Of a stretch of 64,000 bases of DNA, positions 13,501 to 26,400 are shown piece after piece. The DNA is taken from positions 12,986 to 76,985 of the forward strand of contig DF237388.1 of assembly GCA_000708835.1 (NCBI GenBank), written 5' to 3'. The stretch is from Klebsormidium nitens. Lineage: Eukaryota; Plantae; Klebsormidiophyceae. The notes beneath the pieces were generated by a model that was not told the DNA's origin, searched no databases, and worked only from the letters and a program-made list of their open reading frames with translations. How positions within the stretch are numbered: the first letter of the stretch is position 1; every line of letters begins with the position of its first letter. The translations under genes and the position numbers were made by a program.

Positions 13501-16500
13501 CCATGAACTTTTGCTTCTCCACCATGTTGATCATCTCCAGGCTGACCTCCTTGCTGTTCCGGGCCCGCCACGTGACGCCCTTCCCGTCCAAGTTGCGCAC
13601 CAGCATACCTTTACGCCCCGTCATCTCGGCCACCTTCTCCGGGCCCCCAAGCTGGATAGAAACAACCAGAGTGAGCAACCTTGGAATATTCTTCGCAAGA
13701 TCTGTCGCCGTGTGAGGTCTGCCCTACAACCAGGTTGCTGCAAGCTTTCTCATGCTTGCGCAACGTATATTTCTAAAATGCTTCTCAGAAATAGACGCTC
13801 TGGGCAAGGCCCAGCTCATTTGTCTTTGTTGCGACAGAAGCTTTTGATGACGACTGCTGCAGCGCAGACTTGAGCAGTGAGCAGGGTCCTAGAGACGTTT
13901 CTCACTTGGTCTATGACTTCGTCCAGTGGGTTGTTTGGCAGCTCAAGTTTCGTCCTGATGATCTCCAGCCAAAGCTCTTTGGCCGCTTTCATCTTATTGT
14001 ACCTGCATCCAGAAAAACAGAAGCAGATCTCTGTAAGTCAGCATTCGTGCATGGCCCCTGTCCTACAGATGAACCAATGTACCGCGCTTCGGGGCCTGTT
14101 TGCAGGCTTTAGAGCCCGCATTGGTGCAGCGAGCTGGAAAGGACCACCTTTACGAAACTTACTTGCTAAAGACATCAAGACCCGAATCTGGACCTACTCT
14201 CCCAATGCAGAAGGAACGCAGGGACTAGCGCCGGACACCGTGCGAGCTTTGATTAAATCATGATTGAATCAAGCAGATTCCATGCAAGCACATAGTACGA
14301 CGCGTGACTTACTTTGCCCACTGATCCTTGATCAACGCCTCTCTCTGTGCCCTCGCCTCCTGATCTGTCTTATCGCAAGCAGGGCACAGCCACGGGGTGT
14401 CTTCTTTCGGGGGCATCAAGGGGGGCGTCAGACAGGCGGCATGCGCCGCTTTGTCGCATTTGCTGCACTTCAGAAGTAGGACGTCGCCCTCCTGTTAGGC
14501 ATCGAAGAAAAAAGGTCCTCTGTTGTCGACATACAAAATTTGAGGGGGTTCTAAGTGAACGAAGCGCTCGATAAGATGTGTGAGGTCGAAGTAAAGTTCT
14601 CCTTAACTTACGTTTCCGACAGCGAGGGTCCCGTAAGGAAGTCCCTTCAATCAACGGCATCAGCAGCAGTAGGAACGGAAATCTCAGCTACGATGCTTTT
14701 GGACCCATGGAACCTGCTCAAAGAATTATCGATTGCCAACGTCGATGGAGAACTTGCTTTTATAAGCCGTGCTTACCTGTTCTTGTAAACAGACATAACA
14801 CGGCCGGAACAGCTCCACCTCCTGGTCGGAAGCCTCCCCGTCTTTGCCTTCCTCTGCATATCCGCAAATGTTTCAGCAAGAGAGCAGGATTGGGCATGCA
14901 GTGTTGCCAGATCAAGACATTTAAAGCTGTGCCGCCCTTGAAGACAAACACAATCAAATGCGAAAGACGCAACCTTTTCGCTGGCATGAAGGTGGTCGTC
15001 AGTACCGCCCACCAGGAGAAGGCTACCTTTGAATGAAGACACGTTCGAGGAGCATTAGGACCGAAAAAAAGAGCTTGCTCAACACGCAATTGTCTTATGG
15101 ACATCCCTTCCAAAGGTCGGAGAAAGCGAGCGGAAGCGTCTCAAACGAAGCTCTTACCATCAGTGAACCTTTTGAAACGCGATCTGAATTGCAAAGTCGT
15201 TTTCATATTTGCTAACGCTTTTCCGATCTCATGCCGTTTCCTGCCTCGGCAGACAAACTGTTACTCCTCACAGAGAATTCGGCAGCACTCACCTTCGGAC
15301 GACGTCTCCTCTTCTTCAATCCACAGCTCGTCGTCACTGTCCGGCTCCTCATACTTTGGCTTCTTCAGGACCCGGCCTCGAGACGACCTCGTGACCTGTG
15401 GCTCCGCTTTGCCACGCTTTCCGTTCCGGCCGGAGGGGCCCGCCTCCGGAGCTCCGCCAGCACGGGTTTTGCTCCGGGAGCTCCGAGCGGGCAGCTGAAG
15501 AGAGGCGACGTGGCCGTCGGCACCTGCACAACAACGCGCCAGCGAGCGGTCATTACCAAAGGTAGTACGGGAAGAGCTTCCACTTGATCAAGTTCCAATA
15601 AGTAAATAAGCACAATGATGCAGAGTAGGGAGTGAGGCCATGCTCACCTGCGGAAATAGAAGCAGGAAGACTTTCCATTGTATACGCTGTTCAAGTTAGC
15701 TTCAAAGTACGACTGGGTTTTCGGGCCCAGCCCAAGATAGTCCTTAGCGTAGAAGTTTGCGAGCCAAGGAGTTGGAAACGAACGGTTCGAGTGCGCAGCA
15801 TACTAGAGCAAATGATTTGACTGGGACGCTACTCTCTCTATAAGTACGACAAATCCATGGGGCTCCATCACGAGTGCGGGTCTTACCAATCTCATCACTT
15901 GGTTCGTCGAACATGGGGTAATTGTCTTCCACTAGCTTGATCAGCAGCTCCCTGGGGCCAGACACGAAGTCGTCCAGCTCCTCGCCCTGCAATGATAAGG
16001 ACAGATTGCCTACGCTTGGTCTTCTGTGAAACGATGCGCATTAGCAGTAGGGGCATCCAGAAAAGAAGACAACCTACCATCTTAGACTGTCCGTAAAACT
16101 TTGCTCAAGTCTTGCCAGCGCGTCCTACGGCCTAACAAAAATACAAAGGAGCTGTGTCTTATGTCAATGTTCCAAGCAAGCCAAGCAGAGATGCGTCTTT
16201 TCTACCTGCTTTCATTGCTAGAATCCTCGTTTATGAAGGTTGCCGGCAAAAGTTAAATGGCAGCCAAAAGGGGCCTGCCGTCAGTCTCACGTATTTGCTA
16301 ACTGCCTCCTCCGTCCTGGCCTCGCCCGTGCTTTGCAAACCGATGACCACGGAACGGCCGCTGGCCACCGCGTCCTTCGCCAGAGACACAGCACGGTGAA
16401 CTTTGGCCGCCATGCACATGTGCCGGAAGAAGCGCTACAATAGCCACAAATATCGTCCATAAGTTGGTGAAAGTTTCCGTATGTTCAGGTTATGAAGGGC

Positions 16501-19500
16501 CACATTCGATGTCTTTCTGGTTGGCAAAGCCCTCTCAAGCAAACAGCATGTAAAATGTGGACAACTGGCCTTGTCCAGATAACAGCGTCTTTCTAACCCT
16601 CAAGGGAAGATCAGGACGAATTGCTTCAAGGCAAAGAGAGACAATGACCATCTTCTGAGAACCTGGAGTCGTCAGGAGGTTGAGTCGAACGTAACCCTCA
16701 CTTGGTGAGAAGCCCAGAAGTAGCGCCACAAGGAGTTGCTTTTCTGTTTTCCATCAGCGACTGTCTCGATGGCGAGGAGCAGGTCGAGCCGAAGCCGATC
16801 CCAGAAGGAGGCAGCGTGTGTGTACATCTCCTGCAAGACACGCAGAAGCTTTTCAGACCATGCAAAAGATGGGTTACAAAGCTCTCCTTGCAACGAAAAA
16901 GGCAACGGCAGGAACCAATGAATACGAAAGCGTCGAAGTAGCAAATGCTCAAATGGAGAATGAACACACGGCAAATTTTCCAAGTTTCTGATGATCACTA
17001 GGAGGCCGTTGGCCTCGAACCCTTTGTAACGAGCTGGATCGCACCTTCATTTTTGGTTCCAATGGTACTTCCACAATGTCGAAGTCTGCTCCCTTGAAAC
17101 TCAGAGTTCGACAGACATACATACCCCTGCGTCGACCGAAGGCTTGAGGTAAGCTGTGAACGCTTAAGCAGGCAAAAGGCAGTTGCGTCACGTTGCACGG
17201 GCCTGACACTAGACTTTAGCCAGACAGGAAAGATGAATGCTGCAAAGCAGATTGCGATATTTGATGCCGTACAATCATCTAGGTTCCTATGAACAACCTC
17301 ACCGTGCTTTCATGTCCATCGCAACCAGCTCCAGCGCACCCACGCCTCGCTTTTCCAACATTGCTGGATCAGAGAAGGAAACACTGGTCAAAATGCTCTA
17401 AGCACTTTCCAGATTGTATCTGCTTCACTTGCCCAAATCACGAATGAACTACGGGCTCAAGTGGTCAAGGCATTTCACGAAGCTTTGGTGTAAGGAGCAC
17501 TCACTCAGGAAATCGGGGAAGGAGCTGAACGCCGTGCGTGGGCCCCAGAGGCCGAGCCTAACCATGTACCTGGATTTAACAGGTAGTATGCTCGAGGCGG
17601 CACATATCGATAGCATGACAAAGTCAACAACAAACAGAGTCTGCTCAACGTGGCAGGCCAAACCGGCTGACTGATCGAGCAGGCTGAGAATTAAAGTGGT
17701 ACGAAACAGTGGACTATCAACCTTCGCAGGTCTGCGGACGCTCAAACATGAAGAGAAGCGCGTGCCGCAAGCACTAACGCTTGAAAGTTTCCTCTATGGT
17801 ACGGGAACATAGGAGAAGCAGCAAAGCAATGTTATGATTTTCGGATCTGCTGCAGTCAAGGCATTAAGCATAACTGGAGGGTGTGAAAGTCTTAATCCTG
17901 TGTGACTGACAGGAACGGCTCACCCGAGATTGCGTGGCTCTGAAGCGCCCGTTGCCGAGCAGTAGACGATCCGGGCATTCGGCAACTTCGTCTACAAAAG
18001 TCCAGAAAGTACTATGATTTTAAGCACAAGCTGAAAGTGTGAAGTCAGCACCGGAATCCACCCAGAAAGAGTACGCAGGAGATTTTACGACATGCTCAGG
18101 CTGCAGGTGATGCAGTGATGCACAGCACAGCAATTACGGACGAGTCGTTGGCGTACCTGCAACTCTTGCACGGCTTCTCCTGTTCTGGTCGCGTTGCCTC
18201 CACTCTCAGGCACTAGGTTCTTGGCTTTGTGACACTGCAGCCAGCCGAGATACACAATACAAATGGTCGAATTCATGAAAAACCGGCTATGCGAAGAACA
18301 GTAAGGCGAGCGTACACGACTGTACAGGCCAATACGCCCCAGCTGATCAGACTTCCATGTTGAGAAAAGGAACAGGTGTCTCCTAGAAACACGGATACGA
18401 AGACGGATTTGCACTTTTTGAGCCGCAGAGCGCTCGACTTCGTCAACAAATACAAAAACAGTTGCTGGTTGACGGCCCTGGTGTTACTTACCTCGTCGAA
18501 AACAATGAGTCCGTCAAAGTCCGGTTTAAACCACTGCACGAGCTGCTGGAGCCTGCTGCGCCCCTTCTCGGAGGTGGCAATCAGACTGCTGTAGGTCAGG
18601 AATACGACGCCCTCGTGTATGCCGATCGACTTGGAGTCCAGCTTGCCGTACGGCAACTTGTTGAGGGCATGCACTGGAAAACGACAGACATGAGTGATTG
18701 ACGATGGCAAGGATCAGGTTTTGCAATTTGTATCGTCGTGCTTATCCCGAAGATGTTTGTATGAGTAAACAATAACGACAGCAAATTTCTACCGTAAACA
18801 TCAAGGGTGCAATTCCATATCTACCACTTTCAAAAAGTTGCTGACGGGGTTGTGTCCAAAGGTGGATAAATGGGAAACTGTAAAACAAGAATAGTGCGTG
18901 AGGGAATGAACAACTGCCAGAGGTGTACGCCTCCTGAGACTACCGTGAGTCCAGTCGCACGAACGCACGTACCCTCCACCTCTGAAGCTCCGACGTCGTC
19001 CAAGTCCCTTCGAGAGTCGAACTTCAGATCCGATGCAACAGAGAGCCATCTGCAGGACAGACAGGAACTTTCTACAACCTTCCTTTTTGTTGGATAAATC
19101 GTTCTTGATCTTGAAAAGCGAGAACGAAAAGTAGCGTATGAATGAGTCTCTTTCATGTTATACTTTCTCTTCCATCGGATCCAGCAAACTTAGACAAAGA
19201 AGAAGCTGACGAGGTGCATGAGAGCACGGTCTAGCGCGTCTTGATAGAGCAGAAGTACAGGACTGGTGTAAAATTGCCAAACGACTTACAGCGCTTTCCG
19301 CCTGCCCTGCAGCCAGTTCTCCCATACAAGGCCCGCCACTGTTCTTCCTTTCCCGACTCCCGCTCCATCACCTGAAGGGCGTTGACAACATAAGAACGAA
19401 TGTTGGAAACCCTTCGTCCACAACAACTCTTTCGGCATCAGTTTGTCGGTCGCAAGACGTCACTCTGCTCGACTACAACCATTTGGTTGCCAGGCAATAA

Positions 19501-21933
19501 ACACGCGAATGGATCAAGAAAGTGGTCTTACCCAGGAAAAACCCTGCTCGAGATCCATCCGGAAGCATCTGGTCATGTCGCTGCATGCAGAAAAGAATCC
19601 TCTATTTCTCCTGTATTCACGGTGAAAACTTGAATCGAGCAAACTTATTGGATTGCTGTCGCAACAGTCAACATCACCTTCAGGATACTCCTGTAAGAAG
19701 TGCTGAGAGGCAAAGGTCGGGCAGTAAGCATTCTCTGGCAACTTTCTCTTTGTTGGCCAACAGCAGGCTTTTCAATAGAAGCAGCGAAATTGAAATTGAC
19801 ACAGCTTTATACAGATTCAAAAAGGTCGAGATGCCACATAAACCACCCAGAAGCTCCCTGCAAGTCCTTTGTCACAGCTTTCGTGGGGAGAGCATTACAC
19901 AGGGAATCCCCTTCATGTCCTTTTGATATAAGAGTGGGCCTACCTGACTGGCGTACACAATGCTTTCCATCTGTAACGAGGACAAGCAGCCGCTTGTCTC
20001 GACTTCGCCTCTTATTTTCGGCTCGTATGTGGGGTCAGGAGGTTGGACAGCAGACAGACTGGTCGTCTCAACGATGGGGTCTGGATGCGGAAGACCATAT
20101 GCCAGCTTCGAGGCACGCTGCAGGGGGTCGGAATCAGACCGAATCAGTACTGGCTTATCGTCGAAGTTTGTTCCAGCTGCCTCTTTAAAGATTCTGTCTA
20201 ATCGCTGACTTCTGTTCCTGACCAAAGACATGGTTTTCTCGACATGTTTGCAGAACGAGTATAAGTGGTAAGAAACCTACAAAAAATCGTTGACTGCCGT
20301 GTTTCAAGAGTTCCAGCTTCACCGTCCTTGGGTGGCCTAATCACTTGTCAGGCAGCTGGAATGTTGGTCTTGATGCACTGCAGGGAGACTCCGCAGGCAT
20401 TGACATCTTCGATAGAACATCTTCGAGATACTCAATCTATTTGATTTGGTCAGGTCACAATATGAAGGAGTTGAAACGATGCAAGCGATTCAGCTTGAAA
20501 AATGGTATAGTCTCCCTACTCCACAGGTCAAGATACCTATTCAGAATGGTTGTGGAACCTACGTAGTCCATGAAGGTGTCCCCCGCCCCTGCCTCCTCTC
20601 CTTCTTCCCGCTCCACATCCAGAACCATCTGCACAGAGCAAGTGGAACTAATTTTCACGGGAGATCTCGAGACTGTACCTTTTCAAGTGGCTGCGTCAGG
20701 AGTCAGCAGGTTACATGATTGCCAGGACGTCGCAAAAAGATCGACTGATGCTAGGCTTAGCCTCGCATCTGTACATCGACTGTCACTTCTGATCACATCT
20801 TGGACGACCTGATGAAGATTGTAAAGGAGCAAAACCAGTCAGCAAAGCCTGCAGACTTGCCTCGTGGATCTCCTCTGGTGGTTGAGCAGGCATATGGAAG
20901 GGGTACCGTCCGGCTGCAAGATTCCCAGGCCCTAGCGGCGGCGCAAGGAAACCAGCGGCTCCTCGCATTGGTTGGGATATCGTCGAAGGCCCTCCATTTC
21001 GACCGACTGTGATTGGCTTCAAGCAACGGGGGCAAAGGAAGTTCTGGAGGCCAATCGGGACGTTGAGAAGCGAGTTGCAAGTGGGGCTTGGGCAATGAAA
21101 CTGCAAGAGTTGGAAAGAGAGGCTCAGAAGGACTTTATGGAAGGGTCTCTTATGGAAGTTCGATTCATGTTGGAAGAATAGGTGGCCTCAAAGTTCGCGT
21201 TTTTGTTGGCAAGTCCGGGTCGTTGCCACATCTTCAAAAATCTGGGGTGGTGTAGCACCCTGATTACAAGAAAGAGAGCTAGCGAGCTAGTAATTCTGAT
21301 CAGTAGTTGCCCCTTTTGCTTGTGAGAGAAGAACATCTCTGCTTCTTTTAGGCAAGGGAAAGGGAGTCAAACGACAAGTCCTCTTGTCAAGAATCTTTAG
21401 AGAACCTTGTATAGACCAATCAAGTGATCATGGATTCATTGAGAGCAATAAGATCAAGATATGCGACTTTGAAATGATCATCCTCTGCCAGGCTCAGCTT
21501 CAACTCTATTTTCAGAAGATTCTTAAAGAATGCTATTCATTCACAGTCCTGGGACCTGCGGCACAAGCTCTTTTGAAGACCATACGGCTCCAGTAATAAC
21601 AAGACAGGTCAAGAATGAAACCCTCTGGTCCCCTGAGATCTGACACTCCCAGATCTACGAATGACATACCTGCGTGCTCCTCAAAGGAGCCTGCGCGCCT
21701 TCTGCCGGTCTTCTCAACTGCTCTGGCAGCGCTTGAAGCTGGCGGCAGAAGTCGTTGGGACAGGTGAAGGTGTGTGAACTTGTTGATACGTTCAGGTGTG
21801 CCTTGCACTTAGCACATTCGACTTTGACAAGCTGGTGACCCCCAGCAAGGTTCAGGCGGGGAGCGTTCAAGCCTGGGGGTTGGGGGAGCTGCCGTGCACT
21901 GCTTAAACTGGGGCTCGGTGGGGGGTCCGCCAT
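7530..21933 (-). CDS. FGT1: Strawberry notch homologue / FORGETTER1 (EMB1135)-like: N-terminal Zn ribbons, P-loop NTPase, PHD finger, helicase-C-like domain; 35 exons, ~1316 aa
   Basis: Exons (high to low) 21670-21933, 20861-21100, 20563-20628, 19944-20117, 19532-19580, 19290-19371, 18973-19049, 18492-18673, 18157-18234, 17924-17991, 17505-17569, 17303-17363, 17045-17126, 16702-16830, 16291-16434, 15887-15986, 15293-15523, 14777-14853, 14313-14491, 13906-14002, 13490-13651, 13203-13274, 12950-12987, 12744-12812, 12463-12558, 12091-12178, 11667-11772, 11279-11399, 10506-10707, 9966-10075, 9595-9654, 9081-9183, 8471-8599, 7953-8064 and 7530-7567 (3951 nt, in frame). Motifs [103 protein letters not shown] and CMHGPKC. 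Confidence 0.93.
10858..10925 (-). repeat. Degenerate intronic copy of the FGT1 exon 29 acceptor and exon start
   Basis: Plus-strand cttcgaggaccagggcgtcaaag..aagtcaaacaagctgcgg..gacacacgcttca versus cctcgagaaccagggcgtcgaag..aagtcgaataagctgcgg..gacactcgcttca at about 10660-10730. Confidence 0.8.
11245..11274. repeat. Perfect 15-bp tandem duplication (aaagcaagagtatcc x2) next to the FGT1 exon 28 donor, beside a T-rich run
   Basis: Seen directly at 11245-11259 and 11260-11274, with a T-rich tract at about 11211-11238. Confidence 0.85.
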
Positions 21934-23498
21934 CGCACCAAGGAAATAGAATCGTTCAGACAGCAGATATTGCCCTTTCAAGGCAGGCCCTCTGGAAAGC
22001 TTAAGGTCCTATAGGCTTTAGGCATTCAGGTAAGTCCTGCAAAGGAGCAAGTACATCTGGTGAGTTTCAGGAGAGACAAGTCACCAAGTGGTGAGGGGAG
22101 ATGCGACTAGAACGAATACAACGCCACAGTCAGTTAGAAAGTGTGCAGAATAAGCTCCCTGGCTTGACCACCAGAGTGCCAGTGCACCCGAAGCCTTTGT
22201 TTTAAGAAGTGACCTTGAAAGAGAGGATGCGAAGGTGATTTGTCATAGTCAATCAACAAAGACTGCCCTCACCTTCAGAATGCCAACGAGCTAAAGTTTT
22301 GTGCAATCACCAAAGGGGTGCACATTTGTATAGACTGCTTTTCATTTCCTTTGCATGCTTTAGAACACATCAGGATCCTTGCAAAGGGAAGGATCCTTTG
22401 TACTGAGTGTTGATGCCACACAGCATAATACCACCTGGTCCTCTTGCAGGGAAAGAAGTTGCAAAACTCACCCGAACAGAACCCCACTCCACTATTGAGA
22501 GGACACATTACATCAAGAAACGGCCTCCATCCATATATGTTCCAGCTATAGCCAGCACGCTTCTTCGCTGTACCTCCGGAAGCTGTGCCCCTTCAGATGA
22601 GGGATCATTGACTCTCTCATCAAAGCTACCCAGCTCTGAATGAGTTCCAAAAGTAAGCCTAGAGCTGTAAGGTGGAGGCTCAAACTTCAAAGCGCTTCCT
22701 GAGGTGTTCACTAGTTCAAGCCCAGCTTCCTCATGCAGGCTCAGTTCCTGGTCAGAAACCGAGAAAGGGCACCCCTCAGCAGAATAGAACGTACACACGC
22801 GCACGCGCGCGCTGTCATTCATGTGGGCGGCTGGACCCTGGTATGTACCTGACGGCCATGCGGTACGCACGCGCGGTGTGTATGGGCGGGGCCCGGCATT
22901 CCGCAAATGAACTATACCTAACCCGGGGCCTTGCTGAGCGCTCACTTTGGACGGGCAGGAAGCTCGACTCTACATTTGATTTGTCTCAGCTGCCAGGAGA
23001 CTATTTTGCATGCCGATGCATTAAGCTAGGCCTCATGAAAGGACAAGCGCTTCCGTGATCGTGACGTGCTTCATACCCGAGCAGATTGCTATTGCATGAC
23101 TCTCAGAATCTGCATCGACCAATTTTGAAGGTATCAGTGCGACGGTTCCCGCCATTCCTCATTCCTTAAATACATGATTGCAAAAAGCATACGTAGTCAA
23201 ATTCCCAGTTGGATTGCTTATATGCAGCAAAAGAGGTCCTCGAGCTACAGTTGTGCAATGATCTTTGTGCAGCCGGGTGTCCAGCTTTGAAGTCAATACC
23301 CACTGTCAACGTGCTTGCAACCAGGAACAGTTGAGCCCACAAGAAATGCACCAGAAGTGAAAGAAGCGACGGTCTTTCGACTACGGCGAATTGACAGCAC
23401 TAAGCATGGACGCCTGCACGCTTCCTCCGGCATCCGCTGTACTCCTCTTGCCCTAACATGCGCTTTGAAGATTTGTGACACTGTTTTTCCCTAAAAAG

Positions 23499-26400
23499 TT
23501 ACAAGGCTGCTTCCTTCACGCTCGATGCAGCTGAGGTCTCCTTTGACGATGTTGTTGTGTGAACAGCCGCCGGCATTTCGTCGTAGCTGTCCAACACGCT
23601 TTCCAAGATGATCGCGGAGTAGCCGAGCATGGGGTACGTGTGCGCTCGCAAAAGGCCCGCATATTGTTCCGTTGCAATCTTCCTGTGAAAGCAGAACGAA
23701 TCACAACTTCAGGAGGCAAGTCGTGTTACCCTTAGCTCGTCTTTCAGGATCCAGCTTCCTAGGAATTTCAAGGATCTCATAAGTCGGAAACAGGACTACG
23801 AAGATGTACATGTCCAGACTGATGTCATATGCGAGCAGAGCCTACCATACGCCAAGAATGAGTGGGTCTACATTTGAAGATGCAGCAAACTACAATAACG
23901 ACGGCTCGGCTCTTCAGAAGCACCGTCTTGCCACGACCGCATCCCGTCGCCCGGCAGATTGGATTCCGACTAGGAAATAACACGGCAAACGAAGACCGCG
24001 AGAGAAGAAACCGGACACGAGATGACAGCTGCGCTGTAGTACGACAGGCGTCCGTACCTGTCCGGAACATCGTCCGCGAGGAAGTCGTACGGCGCGAACT
24101 TGGCGGTGTCTACTATGGGCACCCACTTGCAGCTCCAGTGCTCGGGCAAAGTGACCATCACGGGCAGGTGGCTCGCGTTGAATGCAACGTACAGGTCGCC
24201 CTTGTTCTCACGCCGCTGCAGGAACGAACAGAGGTTTTGAAAAGGAGCATGAAAGGACCGAGGCCACAGATGTTGCACCTTTCTGATTTGGACCTTACTA
24301 CCCCCATAAAAAGTAGTAGAAAGCTCCATTGTAGGCCGTCAAACGCAACCGAACACAATGAAAACAGAGCAAACCTTCAACGCTCACCAGCGAGTAGGCA
24401 ATGAAGCGGCTGGTTTCGGACCAGTCCGGCGCGCCCGGTCCGTGTCCGTGCCAGTCCAGGTTCCAGTCGCTGGGGTAGTCCTCCATCCGGAAAACCGCGT
24501 TGTCTCTGCACGACACGTGTCACCCGTCAGGACCGTGTGCATCAGTGAGGGCCAAGATTTGGTGTCGAGCGGTCTCATTGGCAACCGTTGGGAATGCTGT
24601 TAGTCCACTGACAAGTGCAGTTTCTGGTTTTCGGAGAGCTCATTACACCGCATCCTCCATGGGGGCCGCGGAACCTCGTCTCCCGAACTGACCTACACCC
24701 ATGACGTGGTGTTCGTTCGAGGTTTAGGTTTCTCGAAAGAATCGTTTTCTTGAAAAGCACCGTACCTCGCAAGGATTTTATACAACGTTGGGGCGGCATT
24801 AAAAACGTGGGCACTTTGGATCCAGGTATGTGTTCATCGAGGAGCACACTCTCGAATTGCAAGAAACTAGAACTGGGTCGTCAATATGGTAATCCAACAC
24901 CCCGAGGGTTCTTCAAAATTGAGATCCAGATCCCACTGAGTTGGTTTCAAGGTTCTTGAAGTACCCGAACTTCGAAGCTTTGTAACGCTGGATGCCCTCT
25001 TTCTCCGACCCAGCATTAGCGGCCTAGTGGGTACATCAAAAGTTTGTACGGAACGTAGACACTTCGTCGCTTATAATGTCGTCGTTTAGATTGGTTAACC
25101 TGTCCCGATAAAGCCCTAGGCTTTCAGCATTTCACTATGCTGAATTGCTGATTCTGGATACTTGAGTGAAAGGGAGGTCTTGACAGGGCTCTGACCTTCT
25201 TAGCTTCACCATGAGCTTGAAGAAGCGGACGAATCCGGTGGTGTCCTTCTCCAGCTTGTCCCACCGGAAGTAGTTCACCTAAAGGTACCATCGACCAGAT
25301 ATTAAGCAGCTGACGACATGGCCATCTAACGGCTAGTACAAATGGCCGACGGTCGATCATGTACACATCACGTCCCCTAGCAATCAATCTCTCGTTTCGA
25401 AAACCTTACAGCAACGGAGACAGGAAGAAGAATGTAAACGATACATGCATAGAAGAGTTGCGTCCGGAGCGGAGACTGCATTAACAGCTAGCCAACGTTG
25501 GACAGGGACAGATTTGCCTATGGTGGAGAGCGCCATTACTAGGTTGCGTCGTTCGCCATTTGACACCGACAAAAGCATACAGAGGTACGCAGTATTCTCC
25601 AAGGTATCCGATGAGGTACCCGATGGCAGACTGGGAGCCCAAACCTTCGCCTCCCTGTGCAATTGCGCAACAATTACGCTAGCCTTGGCAAACCGTTTTT
25701 TGACACCTGCTCTCTGCAGGTGACTTACCGCACTGTCGTGGCAGTACGTGTTGTTGTTGCCGCCTTTCGTGTGGCCGTACTCGTCGCCCATTGTAATCAT
25801 AGGAACTCCCTGCAAGCGAGTCGCGAAGCCGTCAGCGAAAGTCATCAGAGTTTTCGACTCAATTGCTGGGACTTCTGAGCACTTGGGAGCTGACAGAACA
25901 AAGGGGAGACAGAGCCCGGAGGACTCTGCTATGATCAGACCGCTCCTTGCTGCCCGCTTGAGGAGGCAGGTAAAGTTAACAAGCGCTATCTCAGGCAGAC
26001 CGCGGACGAATCCGTCCGGTGCCTATGACCCTGAAGAAAACATGGTATTGCATAATCGACCTGCGCACAAGGTAAGACGGACGGATGCCGCCATTGCAAC
26101 TCGACCGCGCTGTCTTGTGTGCACAGCAGAACCTGCTATGTAAAAAGGAAGTGCACAAACGGCCTCTGCCGGTGCGGCGCAAATACAAGAGGACCGTACG
26201 AAGGCAGACTCAGATACGAAATGTTGAGCAACGCGCACCTGTGCCAGTAGGAGCGCCATCACCAGGTTTCGCATCTGCCTCTGCCGCAGCGTCTGGACCT
26301 GCCTCGTCACGTGCTCTCCTTCCTGTTATTGCCAGAAGAATCGCAAAACGTCATGCTACGAAATGCAAGAGAGCTCAGCAAAGTTGCTCTGAAGCAGAAT

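Noticed and set aside
22026-22036. ACTTACCTG on the minus strand, matching the U1 snRNA 5' end
   Set aside because: Only 9 nt with no following U1 stem-loops or Sm site; it is simply the complement of a donor consensus.
26000-26015. 13-nt match (gcggacgaatccg) to ISA1 exon 11 within intron 9
   Set aside because: Too short and not adjacent to the exon it matches, so not counted among the junction duplications.
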